Below are positions 29,211 through 39,354 of a stretch of DNA of 64,000 bases, piece by piece. Below the pieces are notes generated by a model, which was not told the DNA's origin, did no database searches, and saw only the letters and a program-made list of their open reading frames with translations. Within the stretch, counting starts at the first letter, position 1, and each line of letters begins with the position of its first letter. This stretch comes from Bacteroidales bacterium (GTDB taxonomy: Bacteria; Bacteroidota; Bacteroidia; Bacteroidales; UBA7960): positions 1,009-65,008 of the forward strand of contig DATIKH010000004.1 of NCBI GenBank assembly GCA_035477775.1. Direction: 5' to 3'. The position numbers and the translations under genes are program-made.

Positions 29211-30224
29211 ATGCTTAAATTACTTCAGATTACTATCTTTTTAATTTGTTTTCCTGCCTTTGTCACCCTGGCTTTTACCTCTAAAAACTACTATTTAAGT
29301 GATCCAATAGGTTGTATTTGCGGAAGTTCAATGACAGTCGTTGAACATAGAAATGAAGGTGAACTAAGCCCCTTTGGGACAATTACAACCGGTTTCGGCA
29401 CAGCTATCTCCGACCTGGAAACAATATCATATCTAACATACAATTCAATTGAACCCAAAAGCCTAGCGCCGGTTGCGTTTTCTGACAATAGGATTAGGAA
29501 GACTGGTACTGAGAATTACGGCATGGTTTGGGATCAGAATATGGGTTCAATACAGGATGATGTTTTCTTTAGCGGGGCAATAAGACGGCCGCCGCAGAGG
29601 AGTTTGCGTAACCAGATTTTGGGCCTTGGCGGAAGGGAAATTGGATTCAATGCAGGTACTTCGCATGCATTTACTGATATTCAGGGTACCAAAGGCCAAA
29701 ACATTGGAAACACTTTTGATTTGTTTCTTCAAGATCCGGGATTGGCTTTAGGAGTTTATTACAGGGTAAGGATGGTCGATTGGTTTGGATTGAGTATTGG
29801 CGTCGATTTTGCCACCCTGTCGGGAAAGAATACCGATAATTTGTCGGCCCTCTACAACTTTTCCTTTTCAAATTACCTTCTTGAATTCAATTCACGCATT
29901 ATTTTTTTTGCCCCACTTCCTTCCATTACCGTTTTTGACCTTTACGGGTTTGCTGGCTTTGCCATGTTTGCAAACTTCCTTACATTGAAAAATCAAACCG
30001 GATCGAAGGTCGAACCTGACGAATTCAGGCTAATTCAGTTTGCAATCCCACTAGGAATTGGCATATCGAGGAGGATAGGAAACAGGTTTGTGGCCGGTTA
30101 CGAAATTGGCTACAGGCATACGGCTTTCAACATGCTCGATGGTATCTCTCCGCGCGATACCCGCAACGATGCGTACCTTTTCAATACACTGCGGTTTGGA
30201 TTCATTCTGAACCCTGCCAGGTAG
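29211..30224 (+). CDS. Outer-membrane beta-barrel protein, paralogue of 28292..29053 with an extra N-terminal region
   Basis: 337 aa with a signal peptide. The C-terminal half parallels the upstream gene (FNMLDG...RNDAYLFNTLRFGFIL). An additional ~110 aa N-terminal segment contains Cys residues. Confidence 0.6.
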   Translation: MLKLLQITIFLICFPAFVTLAFTSKNYYLSDPIGCICGSSMTVVEHRNEGELSPFGTITTGFGTAISDLETISYLTYNSIEPKSLAPVAFSDNRIRKTGTENYGMVWDQNMGSIQDDVFFSGAIRRPPQRSLRNQILGLGGREIGFNAGTSHAFTDIQGTKGQNIGNTFDLFLQDPGLALGVYYRVRMVDWFGLSIGVDFATLSGKNTDNLSALYNFSFSNYLLEFNSRIIFFAPLPSITVFDLYGFAGFAMFANFLTLKNQTGSKVEPDEFRLIQFAIPLGIGISRRIGNRFVAGYEIGYRHTAFNMLDGISPRDTRNDAYLFNTLRFGFILNPAR

Positions 30225-30301
30225 GAATTTTAAGTAATTGCATATTCAGGTGTGATATTGCAGTAATTTCGCATAATAAAGAATTGAATAAAAATTTAAT
30301 T

Positions 30302-31249
30302 ATGAGTAAAGTTTCTGAACGAGTGAAATGTCTTATTATTGGTAGTGGTCCGGCGGGATATACTGCTGCAATATATGCAGCAAGATCTGATATGAAACCT
30401 GTTTTATACCAGGGGCTTCAGCCGGGTGGTCAGCTTACCCTGACTACTGAAGTTGAGAACTTTCCCGGATATCCCGAAGGCGTACAAGGACCACAAATGA
30501 TGGAAGATTTTCGCAAACAAGCCGAACGGTTTGGGACAGACTTGCGTTGGGGAATTGCCACATCGGTTGATTTGCAGCAATGGCCTTTCAAAGTAATTAT
30601 TGATGATACCAACGAGATTTTTTCCGACACGCTGATTATTGCTACAGGTGCAAGTGCCAAGTGGCTGGGGCTTGAATCAGAAAAAAAATATAATGGTTTC
30701 GGAGTATCGGCCTGTGCCACTTGCGACGGTTTTTTTTATAAAGGACTGAATGTTGCAGTTGTGGGCGGTGGAGATACAGCTTGCGAGGAGGCAACATACC
30801 TTGCGAAACTTACCAAAAAGGTGTATTTGATTCACCGGCGAAATGAGCTTCGGGCCTCCAAAGCCATGCAGCACCGAGTTTTAAATACAGCTAATATTGA
30901 AGTTTTGTGGGATTCATTGCCTAAGGAGATTGTTGGTGACAAAGTGGTAAAAGGGGTTGTTGTCGAAAATCTTAAAACCGGACTTTTGACTCAACTCGAC
31001 GTTGATGGTGTTTTTGTTGCCATTGGCCATAAACCCAACAGCGAAATTTTTGCAGGACAACTTGACCTTGACCCTAACGGCTATATTATTACCAAGCCCG
31101 GTACTACACAAACCAATATTCCGGGAGTTTTTGCTGCAGGCGACATACAGGACCACGTTTACAGGCAGGCCATTACAGCCGCTGCTTCGGGTTGTATGGC
31201 AGCCCTGGAGGCCGACCGCTGGTTGGCTTCTCTTGATCAAAATAGCTGA
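30302..31249 (+). CDS. trxB: Thioredoxin-disulfide reductase
   Basis: ORF 30284..31249 with an ATG at 30302. It carries FAD motif GSGPAGYTAA, redox-active CATCDG and NADPH motif GGGDTACEEA. Confidence 0.95.
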   Translation: MSKVSERVKCLIIGSGPAGYTAAIYAARSDMKPVLYQGLQPGGQLTLTTEVENFPGYPEGVQGPQMMEDFRKQAERFGTDLRWGIATSVDLQQWPFKVIIDDTNEIFSDTLIIATGASAKWLGLESEKKYNGFGVSACATCDGFFYKGLNVAVVGGGDTACEEATYLAKLTKKVYLIHRRNELRASKAMQHRVLNTANIEVLWDSLPKEIVGDKVVKGVVVENLKTGLLTQLDVDGVFVAIGHKPNSEIFAGQLDLDPNGYIITKPGTTQTNIPGVFAAGDIQDHVYRQAITAAASGCMAALEADRWLASLDQNS

Positions 31250-31251
31250 TA

Positions 31252-33123
31252 ATGAATGTTTATGCCCTTCTCTCTTTAGTAAGTTTTGTACTTTTTACAC
31301 AGGGGGTAGTATTTGCATTATACCAGTTAGGCCCTTCGCGCGAGAGAACAGCCTATGTTTCCGCATTGGTGGCAACAGCTATTTATGCTCTTTTTACATT
31401 CTTGGCAAACTTAACCGATGATATTGAAGCAGTGTATGTATATGATCGTATTGCTTCGATAGGATGGGCTACCTTTCCGGTCCTTGTAGTTTGGCTGATT
31501 TATGTTGTTTCTAAAAGCGAAAGCAGACCCCTTAAAGCACTTATCGCTTTTTTACTAGTGCCTTTAGCTTTAGCTTCCTTAATTCGTTATAATTACGATC
31601 CCTATTCCATCAAGTTTTACAATTTGAATGAGGGAGTCTGGTTTTTTTCGGTAAGTCAGGAAGGACCTTGGTTTTACCTTTTTGTGTTTTACCTGTTTAT
31701 GTGTGTGGCCGTAAGCATGACCATACTCCATAGTGTTTGGATAAAAGCGATTTCGAAAAGGCAACGAAAACAACTTGTGAGTATTGGTTTAGGATTGCTT
31801 ACGTTTGCTTTTGCCGGCTTGGTTACCAACCTTACGATGCCCTTTATAGGAGTGCAGATTGTGCCCCCTTTGGCACATATCAATACCCTCTTTATGGGGT
31901 TGGGATTTTTCTATGCAGTAGTTATCTTCAGGCAACCATCTTTTACAAGCGAAGTGGTTTCTCAATTTACATATAAGCATCTTCAGGACTATGTTTTTTA
32001 TTTTGATAAGGGAGGAACCCTCTTTTCCGTGAACAAATATTGTATTGACCAACTGAAATATAACAGCTACGAAATCCTCAGGATTCAGCCTGATAAACTT
32101 TTTGGTGATTTTAATGCCATTCAGCGTCTGATTTTGGAGTTTCAAACAAAATCTAAACCAGCTGAGATCCATATGGATCTGTTCCCGCGCAACAGTCCGA
32201 CAATACCTGTAAAATTCACTGCCCTGCGCATTAATGATAGTTACGGAGTTTTTCTGGGAATGATCTTGATTGGGTTTGATCAGCGTCTCAATTTGCAGCT
32301 CAAACAAGAAATAATCGAGCGGATCCGGAATGAACGCAGGCTTAAAAGGACAACACAGAACCTGGAAGCCCTGGTAGAAAAAAGAACCAGCCAGTTGCAA
32401 GCGGCCAATGAGCAACTTCAACTTGAAATCATGGAAAAGGCAAGGGCTGAGGAGCAAATTTCCATCGATTTAAAGGAAAAATTAATCTTGCTCAAAGAAA
32501 TTCACCACCGGGTTAAAAACAACTTTCAAATTGTTATTTCCCTTGCCAGAATGCTCGAATCCCATGAGGCTATGAATGAGCTCGACCGTCAGAGGATTAG
32601 GCTCATTTCTGAAAAAATCAGATGGATTTCCAGTATTCATGAATACTTTTATAGCATTCAGAAATTGTCGAAAATTAATTTTAGTGATTTTCTGAAAAAG
32701 GCGACGGGAGATCTTTACGCCAATTTGGGAAGCGGCGACAGAATTCTTTTCCGTTTAAATGTCGGTGAAGTGCTTCTGGGAATTGACCAGGCATTGCCCT
32801 GTGGCATAATTTTTCATGAACTATTGAGTAATGCCATCAGACACGCCTTTAACACCGACAATTCTGCCAACCTCTATAATCCCAATTTAAGTATGATAGT
32901 GGTTGAGTTTTTCGACCGAAAGAATCAATATGTACTCATTGTTAGCGACAATGGTGTTGGCCTGCCAGGTTTTTCACATCTCAAACGCAAAGGCTATTCA
33001 GGGATTAAACTGGCCAAACTGCTTGGAATCCGTCATTTATCTGGAAAACTCACTGTAGTTAAGGATTCAGGAACCACCTGCAAGCTTACATTTCCAAAAC
33101 CCAAAAGCCCAGCCACTGCATGA
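31252..33123 (+). CDS. Sensor histidine kinase (multi-TM N-terminus, PAS-like region, HisKA_2 H-box, HATPase)
   Basis: 623 aa with ~6-7 N-terminal TM helices, a coiled coil, the H-box EIHHRVKNNFQIV (His codon at 32506-32508), N-box HELLSNAIRHAF and G-box DNGVGLP. Confidence 0.85.
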   Translation: MNVYALLSLVSFVLFTQGVVFALYQLGPSRERTAYVSALVATAIYALFTFLANLTDDIEAVYVYDRIASIGWATFPVLVVWLIYVVSKSESRPLKALIAFLLVPLALASLIRYNYDPYSIKFYNLNEGVWFFSVSQEGPWFYLFVFYLFMCVAVSMTILHSVWIKAISKRQRKQLVSIGLGLLTFAFAGLVTNLTMPFIGVQIVPPLAHINTLFMGLGFFYAVVIFRQPSFTSEVVSQFTYKHLQDYVFYFDKGGTLFSVNKYCIDQLKYNSYEILRIQPDKLFGDFNAIQRLILEFQTKSKPAEIHMDLFPRNSPTIPVKFTALRINDSYGVFLGMILIGFDQRLNLQLKQEIIERIRNERRLKRTTQNLEALVEKRTSQLQAANEQLQLEIMEKARAEEQISIDLKEKLILLKEIHHRVKNNFQIVISLARMLESHEAMNELDRQRIRLISEKIRWISSIHEYFYSIQKLSKINFSDFLKKATGDLYANLGSGDRILFRLNVGEVLLGIDQALPCGIIFHELLSNAIRHAFNTDNSANLYNPNLSMIVVEFFDRKNQYVLIVSDNGVGLPGFSHLKRKGYSGIKLAKLLGIRHLSGKLTVVKDSGTTCKLTFPKPKSPATA

Positions 33124-34976
33124 CGGAATTAGGTGTCTCCATATTGTCGGTATTGGCTTCGCTGTTTTATCTGCAAACAGGAGCCTATGTCTTGTGGAAA
33201 AATCCCTCGATGGCACTTAATAGGTGGTTTTTCGTATTCACATGTACCTTGGCAATATGGTCTTCCGGGTTGATTATCCATATCCCCCGTGAGGACCAGT
33301 TTGGCGGATTTCCATTGTTCTGGCTTTCTATTACAGGAGCTATATTTTTGCCTCCGGTAATGTTTAAATTTTTCTCGGTACTCACTGGCATTCCCCGATT
33401 CCGTAAGGTTGGAGCATGGTGGTTCAGAATCAAATTGTTGATTTCGATTGGATTTTTCTTGATGGCCATTTTTGGAGAGGGGCTCATTGGCCAAAGGCTG
33501 GAGCGAGGTTATATTGAGTTTGGAACACCATTTTTCTTTTTTGGTTTAGCCTATCTGATTTTTATAATAGCCTCATTGGTGGTAGTTTTCCAAATTTTGA
33601 TTCGATGGCGCATAGGTTTACGACATCCTTCCGAAAAGACCAGGGCCAATATTATTCTTATTGCATTGGTGGTGTCAGTGTTCCTGGGTTTGCTCATTGA
33701 CCTGATACTTCCCCAACTAGGGCTAATGCCCAACCTAAACATAGCCCATTTTTTTGGAATCATCTGGGTTGCAACAATGGCTTATGGTATCCTCCGGCTG
33801 CGCTTTTTTAGTCTTACCCTCGAATTGTCTTCCGAAAAAATATTAGAGCATTCCAGGCAGATCGCATTCTTTTGTTCAACAGGATGTAAGGTTTTGAAAA
33901 CCAATGAATTTACTGCAAACCTGCTGCAAATGCCAAAGGCAGACATCATCGGAAAACCAGTTTCTGCTTTTTTTTCAAATTCCAAAACAATTGAAGACAT
34001 GCTGCATAAGGCCATGCAGGATGGTAAATTGCAAAAAATCGACTCAAACCTGATCACAATCGATGGCAATCTGGTCGAGGTAAGTGTTTCAGCTACAATT
34101 GTACTCGATAAGTTTGAAGATTCGCTTGGAGTCATTGTTTTTGGGAAAGACAACAGTGAAACAGTCCAATTGCGCTCAGAGATTCAAATGCGCAAAAATG
34201 CTGAACAACAACTGGGCATAATCGGTGTGGATTTGGAAAACCGCATTATCGAACGAACTGAAAAACTATCGGGCCTGCACAGAGAACTCCAGATCAACAT
34301 GACGGAAAGGCTTAATGCTGAAGAAAAAATAAAAGCCGATATTTTGGAAAAGGAACTTTTGATCAACGAAATCTACGACAGGGTTAAGCGAAATATGGAG
34401 CTCTTTATCTTTTTATTGGATCATGGCGGTAATTCTTCCGAAGAACCCCGTGTAGCAAATAACCCGTTGTTAAATGCCCTTGCACAGAGGATAAAAACCA
34501 TATTGCTTGTTCATCAAAACCTGTATCTCTCAACCACTTATTCGCAGGTCGATTTTACCTCTTTTCTGAATTCGCTCATCACCGAGATTTATAAACTGAA
34601 TCCTGATTCTTCCAAAATCACCCTCGATATTCAGGTAAACGATCTGCTAATTGATTATAAATACGCCATTCCGTTGGGTCTAATTATAAATGAATTGTTA
34701 AATAATGCTTTTTTGCATGCATTCGATTTTAACAAAAGATATTTGGGCAAAAACTCAAAACCTCTGGTATCGTTGCACCTGGCGCATGAGGATAATCACT
34801 ACTATTTGGTTGTGAAGGACAATGGTAAGGGAATGCAGGATGACATCCAGATTCCAGATTTAACAACCAACGGTTTGCCTTTGGTTAGTATCCTTGCTCG
34901 CCATCAATTGAACGGTGAAATTCGGCTGCAATCGAAAGAAGGAACATCGGTCTTTGTTACTTTTCCTGAAGACTAA
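33120..34976 (+). CDS. Paralogous sensor kinase-like protein lacking the phospho-acceptor histidine
   Basis: 618 aa with the same architecture as the upstream gene. The ATGA start/stop overlap is at 33120-33123. The H-box reads EIYDRVKRNMELF, with Asp (codon 34386-34388) where His is expected. The N-box (NELLNNAFLHAF) and G-box (DNGKGM) are retained. Confidence 0.8.
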   Translation: MTELGVSILSVLASLFYLQTGAYVLWKNPSMALNRWFFVFTCTLAIWSSGLIIHIPREDQFGGFPLFWLSITGAIFLPPVMFKFFSVLTGIPRFRKVGAWWFRIKLLISIGFFLMAIFGEGLIGQRLERGYIEFGTPFFFFGLAYLIFIIASLVVVFQILIRWRIGLRHPSEKTRANIILIALVVSVFLGLLIDLILPQLGLMPNLNIAHFFGIIWVATMAYGILRLRFFSLTLELSSEKILEHSRQIAFFCSTGCKVLKTNEFTANLLQMPKADIIGKPVSAFFSNSKTIEDMLHKAMQDGKLQKIDSNLITIDGNLVEVSVSATIVLDKFEDSLGVIVFGKDNSETVQLRSEIQMRKNAEQQLGIIGVDLENRIIERTEKLSGLHRELQINMTERLNAEEKIKADILEKELLINEIYDRVKRNMELFIFLLDHGGNSSEEPRVANNPLLNALAQRIKTILLVHQNLYLSTTYSQVDFTSFLNSLITEIYKLNPDSSKITLDIQVNDLLIDYKYAIPLGLIINELLNNAFLHAFDFNKRYLGKNSKPLVSLHLAHEDNHYYLVVKDNGKGMQDDIQIPDLTTNGLPLVSILARHQLNGEIRLQSKEGTSVFVTFPED

Positions 34977-34997
34977 CGCCCTAAATACTGGCATAAT

Positions 34998-36269
34998 TTA
35001 CTGTATCAGAACCTTATGCCCAACGGCACAATGCAGGCATTTTTTAGGAGTGCAATAAAACTTCCTGAGTTCGAGCAGCGCCTGACTTTCCCCTGCGTTT
35101 CCGGCAGAAAACCCCAGCTGTTTCCATTTCGTAATGATGGCGTTTTTCTCGGGTGGCATTTCTGCAAGGTAATCAATGGCTTTCTCCCCCAAGTGTGGTT
35201 GTAGGCTGTGTCTTCCGTAAACAAAAAGCACCGGAACCAGGGTGTTAATAACAATGCTGGAGATCGCATCGATTCCGAGAGTCTTTGTTCTGGCAGGTGA
35301 TGTTTTTTCAAAAACAAAGTGCGTATCCCAGTAAGGCGACGTGTTTATGCGGAGGATAGCCAGGATTTCTTTCAATGAATGGCAATCTATCAAGGCACTG
35401 AACAAACGGGGTGCTTTATGAATCAGCATGGCAAGCTGTGCAATGCGTATTGTGGGAAATCCGGCTGGTCTGAGTTTGGCAAACTTCCACAAATGTGCTG
35501 GCATGGGTTCTAGTTGGTGTTTTCTTTGCTGGTGCCTATATTCATCCACCAGGGCGCGAGGATAAGGTGCCTCAGGAGTTTCGGGGAGCAGACCCGACTG
35601 TCCGAAGAGCATAGCTTCTATCGACAAAAGATTTGAACTGCTGCGAAGTAGCATCTTAAGTGGAGTTCGCTGTGCAAGCTGGCCAAAAGGTTGTGTATTG
35701 GCCTTAAAACCTAAATTGCGTGCAAGAAGAAAATAAAAAGTTTGTTCCCAATCCTGGTTGAAGAAATTGTAGAAGTGCAAAACCTCCTCCGACTTGCGCT
35801 CAAGCCGCTCAACAAGGATTCTGTGCAGCCAGGTGCTTAAATAGCCCCGGTCTATTTTTCCAATGTTGTCATGGCACGGCACCCAACTCCTGGCTGAAAG
35901 CAGCCTATGGTAATTGTCCAACAGGCTTTCATTAAACTTCCCTTTGAGTTCAATTACCGGTAACCGTTCGCCCTGATGCGTAAATGCCTCACGATCGTGC
36001 TGATAAACTACGTGCAGGATGACGTTTCCATAGGCTGCATCCTCCTGATGGCGGTGCCTGTACCAATAAGAGCTCGTAGTGTGAATTTCAACATGACCGG
36101 CCCAAACCGTTTCACCAATCCGGACTTTTGCAGCAAGGAAGTCCGGACCGGCATCAGGGTTCTCCTGGCCGGGATTCAAAATTTGAACCGGCTCGCCATC
36201 GGCAGTAAAGAGTCGCTCAGGATTAAAAAGCCTGTATTTCCACAAATAATGTAAAAATTCCTCTTTCAT
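34998..36269 (-). CDS. DUF2851-family protein
   Basis: ORF 34998..36344, start trimmed to the ATG at 36269 (MKEEFLHYLWKYRLF, the characteristic DUF2851 N-terminus). Confidence 0.75.
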   Translation of the reverse strand: MKEEFLHYLWKYRLFNPERLFTADGEPVQILNPGQENPDAGPDFLAAKVRIGETVWAGHVEIHTTSSYWYRHRHQEDAAYGNVILHVVYQHDREAFTHQGERLPVIELKGKFNESLLDNYHRLLSARSWVPCHDNIGKIDRGYLSTWLHRILVERLERKSEEVLHFYNFFNQDWEQTFYFLLARNLGFKANTQPFGQLAQRTPLKMLLRSSSNLLSIEAMLFGQSGLLPETPEAPYPRALVDEYRHQQRKHQLEPMPAHLWKFAKLRPAGFPTIRIAQLAMLIHKAPRLFSALIDCHSLKEILAILRINTSPYWDTHFVFEKTSPARTKTLGIDAISSIVINTLVPVLFVYGRHSLQPHLGEKAIDYLAEMPPEKNAIITKWKQLGFSAGNAGESQALLELRKFYCTPKKCLHCAVGHKVLIQ

Positions 36270-36490
36270 ATCAACCAAATAGCTGGTTTCTAATATGTAA
36301 AGATGGTAAAAATTCCTGACTCTGAACAGGTCTAGGCGATGCAAGCGTGAAGAAGTTCAGACACCCAAAGTCAAAAAGTTCTTTTACGAACTTTTTGATC
36401 AAGTGATGTTTTTGAAATTGCGGAATAATTTGACAAACGAAGCCTTACCGGCAATCGTGAAGCTGAATGTCAGGGCCTTATAGGGTGGTT

Positions 36491-36919
36491 TTACACTTTG
36501 CCATATTTGGCATGCAAAAAACTGATGGTTTCTTTCATCAGTTTTTTCAAGGCATCAACATTGATGTCAGATAATTTTTTGATGTAAATACAGGCCTTAC
36601 CCATTTTGAATTTGCCAAGATCTTTGAGCAAATGTTCATGTTCCTGGTTTCCTGTGTAAACGTAGAGCGAAATGGCGGCTTTGCGCGGCGAAAAACCAAT
36701 GAGGGGCCAGTCGCCCTCCTGCCTGCTTCTTTCAGACTTGTAATGATAACTTCCAAAACCAATCATTGTAGGTCCCCACATTTTGGGCTCATGACCCGTA
36801 ATTTCGCGCATCAGTTTCAGAAGCTCAAAACTGTCCTGGCGTTTTTGTTCGGTATCGGCAAAAGAATATATAAACTCGTTTACGTCGGCGTTGGTTTGTG
36901 TGGTTTTCAATTCAGCCAT
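36491..36919 (-). CDS. DUF1801 (YdhG-like) domain protein
   Basis: ORF 36491..36970, start trimmed to the ATG at 36919, which removes the overlap with the upstream GT2 gene. The segment KMWGPTMIGFGSYHYK...GDWPLIGFSPRK is typical of DUF1801. Confidence 0.7.
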   Translation of the reverse strand: MAELKTTQTNADVNEFIYSFADTEQKRQDSFELLKLMREITGHEPKMWGPTMIGFGSYHYKSERSRQEGDWPLIGFSPRKAAISLYVYTGNQEHEHLLKDLGKFKMGKACIYIKKLSDINVDALKKLMKETISFLHAKYGKV

Positions 36920-36941
36920 ATTACCTGTTTTGAACAAGATG

Positions 36942-37901
36942 CTAATCTTTTTCCAGTGTTTCTTTTTCAAGAACCCTTTCGTATGATGTTACTTCCTTGA
37001 ATGGGTCGCCTTTGCGCAGTTTGACTGGTTTCGAAATAAATTCCCTCTTGTTGGCAAAGTTTAGATAAAAGAATTTCAAAATCTCCAGTATGCTTACAGG
37101 GCTTAACTTTCGGAAATGTTTCAATTTTTTGAAGTAATACCAAATCAAATAGTTGCGTTCATTTTTTGTAAAATGATTCATTTTATTGGCCAGCAAAAAC
37201 CTCAAAAACTTGATGGTGGCGAGATTTTTTCGCCAACAATTGCCGCTATTGCCCGAAACGCTTAGAGGTGAATACCTGATGAGTACGCAGGTATTGTTTA
37301 TGGTGTAAACCGGGCCGTAACCTGAAGCTTCCAAAATGAGCACATCGTCGGTGTGCCAGGCTTCGGGCATATCGGCAAAGCCGGTTTTTTCGAAAGCTGT
37401 GCGGCGAAAAATATGCTCCGAAAGCGAAGCACGCGATTTGCGTTGCGCTTTTTTAATGTACGATGTAGTGGATAATTCAATTTCAGGAAACAAATATTGT
37501 CTTGAGGTCTGGTTTCCGTGGCTGTCGATAATTATGGAACTGAAACGCACCACGTCAATTTTTTTTCGATTCACCACATCCAGACTATTGTAAAACTCTT
37601 CCACGCAATATGGTGAAAGTACATCATCGTCGCCTAGAAACATGATCCATTCTTCATTTCTGATCATTCCGAAACACCTGATCCATTGTCTGGTCAGTGA
37701 TACTCGACCAAAATTCTCCTCAAAATATTGGTACTTGATATTGAGGGACTTTTTGTAATTTTCTACAATTTGGGAGCAATCATGCGGACTGTTGTCGTTG
37801 CCAATATAAACCTTGAACCGCTTGTCGGTTTGATTTGCCAAAGAGGCAAGGGTAAACTCGAAAAAGTCTGCCTTGTAATATGGAATGATGATGGCAAGCA
37901 T
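36942..37901 (-). CDS. Family 2 glycosyltransferase
   Basis: 319 aa with an N-terminal IIIPYYKADFF...SLANQTDKRFKVYIGNDNSP and a DDD motif (FLGDDDVL). Confidence 0.85.
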   Translation of the reverse strand: MLAIIIPYYKADFFEFTLASLANQTDKRFKVYIGNDNSPHDCSQIVENYKKSLNIKYQYFEENFGRVSLTRQWIRCFGMIRNEEWIMFLGDDDVLSPYCVEEFYNSLDVVNRKKIDVVRFSSIIIDSHGNQTSRQYLFPEIELSTTSYIKKAQRKSRASLSEHIFRRTAFEKTGFADMPEAWHTDDVLILEASGYGPVYTINNTCVLIRYSPLSVSGNSGNCWRKNLATIKFLRFLLANKMNHFTKNERNYLIWYYFKKLKHFRKLSPVSILEILKFFYLNFANKREFISKPVKLRKGDPFKEVTSYERVLEKETLEKD

Positions 37902-38037
37902 TCTTTATAAATAATGCACAAAGATATGTCTAACTTTTCAGGTAGTGACATTTCAGGATAAAAAATTTACCCCCAAGGCTGGTTTTAAAGTGTTAACAAC
38001 CCGTTTTACCTCAATAAGTCGAAAGTTGATTTGCATT

Positions 38038-39354
38038 TTAACCGGAAAAACCGCTGAGGTAAAGCCCAAGGCCGAAAAGGGCGCTGATACCTATCCATAC
38101 GATCATGTTAATTTTAAGCCTGTATAAGGCGAAAAATGAAACAACAATCCAAACAAGGGCAGCAAAATCAATGTTTGGCAGCGAAACCCCACCGGGGAAA
38201 AGCACTGCCCTGCCGAAGAAAATGGTGAGGTTCAGGATTACCCCAACGACCGCAGCCGTAACCACCGAAAAAATCTCCTTGATGCGCTTGTTTTCCTGGG
38301 TACGTTCGATAATGGGGGCTCCGGCAAAAATGAAAAGAAAACTAGGCAGGAACGTATAGAAGGTAGTAGCAACCAGGCCGAGAGAGCCCATCAAAAACGA
38401 ATATCCAAAATGGTTGTACCCGGCCATGAACCCTACAAAGGCCAGCACCATAATAAGCGGCCCCGGTGTGGTTTCGCCTAAAGCCAGGCCGTCGATCATC
38501 TGCAGTTCGGTGAGCCAGCCAAACTGCTCCACACTTACCTGAGCCACATACGGCAACACGGCATAGGCTCCTCCAAAGGTTACAAAAGCGGCTTGGGTGA
38601 AGAAAACCGATAGTTTTTGCCAGAAGGCAAAATCAGCCGACAAAACGAAAAACAAGCCCAATGGGATTGCCCAAAGGGCTGCAAAAGCACCTATCGTTTT
38701 CCAAAAACGTACATGACTAAATCCTGTACCCGGTAAGGTTGTAGAACTGTTTATTACATAATCGCTCTCATTGTCGGATGTGTTGCCTTGCTGGTTTTTG
38801 CCTGGCTGAAACATCGAAGGAAAAAGGTACCTAGCTAAGACAGCAAAAACTATAGCTCCTAAAATGATGAGCGGAAAGCGTATATCGAGAAAAAATATGC
38901 AAACAAAAGCGCCAACGGCCACTGCGTAATGAAATGGCGATAACAACGATTTGCCGGCAATTTTCAACAACGCCAGTACTACAATGGCTATTACTGCCGG
39001 CTTCAGCCCGTTGAACATGGAGTATATCCACGACACATCGTAAAATGAAACATATACAATGCTTAATCCAAGCAAGATAAACATGGAAGGAAGAATAAAC
39101 AAAATCCCGGCGGCCAGTCCGCCCAACCTGCCATGCAGCAGCCATCCCATATAGGTGGCCAATTGCTGAGCCTCAGGTCCGGGCAGCAACATGCAATAAT
39201 TCAGGGCATGCAAAAACTTGCTGTTGCTAATCCATTTCTTCTTTTCGACCAAATACTCGTGCATCATGGCAATCTGGCCGGCCGGACCACCAAAGCTTAT
39301 AAAACCAAATTTTGCCCAGAATTTGAGCGTTTCGCCAAAAGTGGGTCTTTCCAT
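38038..39354 (-). CDS. chrA: Chromate ion transporter (CHR family, duplicated domain)
   Basis: 438 aa. Both halves carry CHR signatures (FGGPAGQIAMMH..; FVTFGGAYAVLPY..; GETTPGPLI) and about 12 TM helices in total. Confidence 0.88.
   Translation of the reverse strand: MERPTFGETLKFWAKFGFISFGGPAGQIAMMHEYLVEKKKWISNSKFLHALNYCMLLPGPEAQQLATYMGWLLHGRLGGLAAGILFILPSMFILLGLSIVYVSFYDVSWIYSMFNGLKPAVIAIVVLALLKIAGKSLLSPFHYAVAVGAFVCIFFLDIRFPLIILGAIVFAVLARYLFPSMFQPGKNQQGNTSDNESDYVINSSTTLPGTGFSHVRFWKTIGAFAALWAIPLGLFFVLSADFAFWQKLSVFFTQAAFVTFGGAYAVLPYVAQVSVEQFGWLTELQMIDGLALGETTPGPLIMVLAFVGFMAGYNHFGYSFLMGSLGLVATTFYTFLPSFLFIFAGAPIIERTQENKRIKEIFSVVTAAVVGVILNLTIFFGRAVLFPGGVSLPNIDFAALVWIVVSFFALYRLKINMIVWIGISALFGLGLYLSGFSG

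Noticed and set aside
36371-36398. Perfect 11-bp AT-rich palindrome tcaaaaagttc-ttttac-gaactttttga between the DUF2851 and DUF1801 genes.
   Set aside because: It could be a weak terminator for the DUF1801 gene or an operator. There is no trailing T-run on the relevant strand and no second copy, so the evidence is insufficient to call either.
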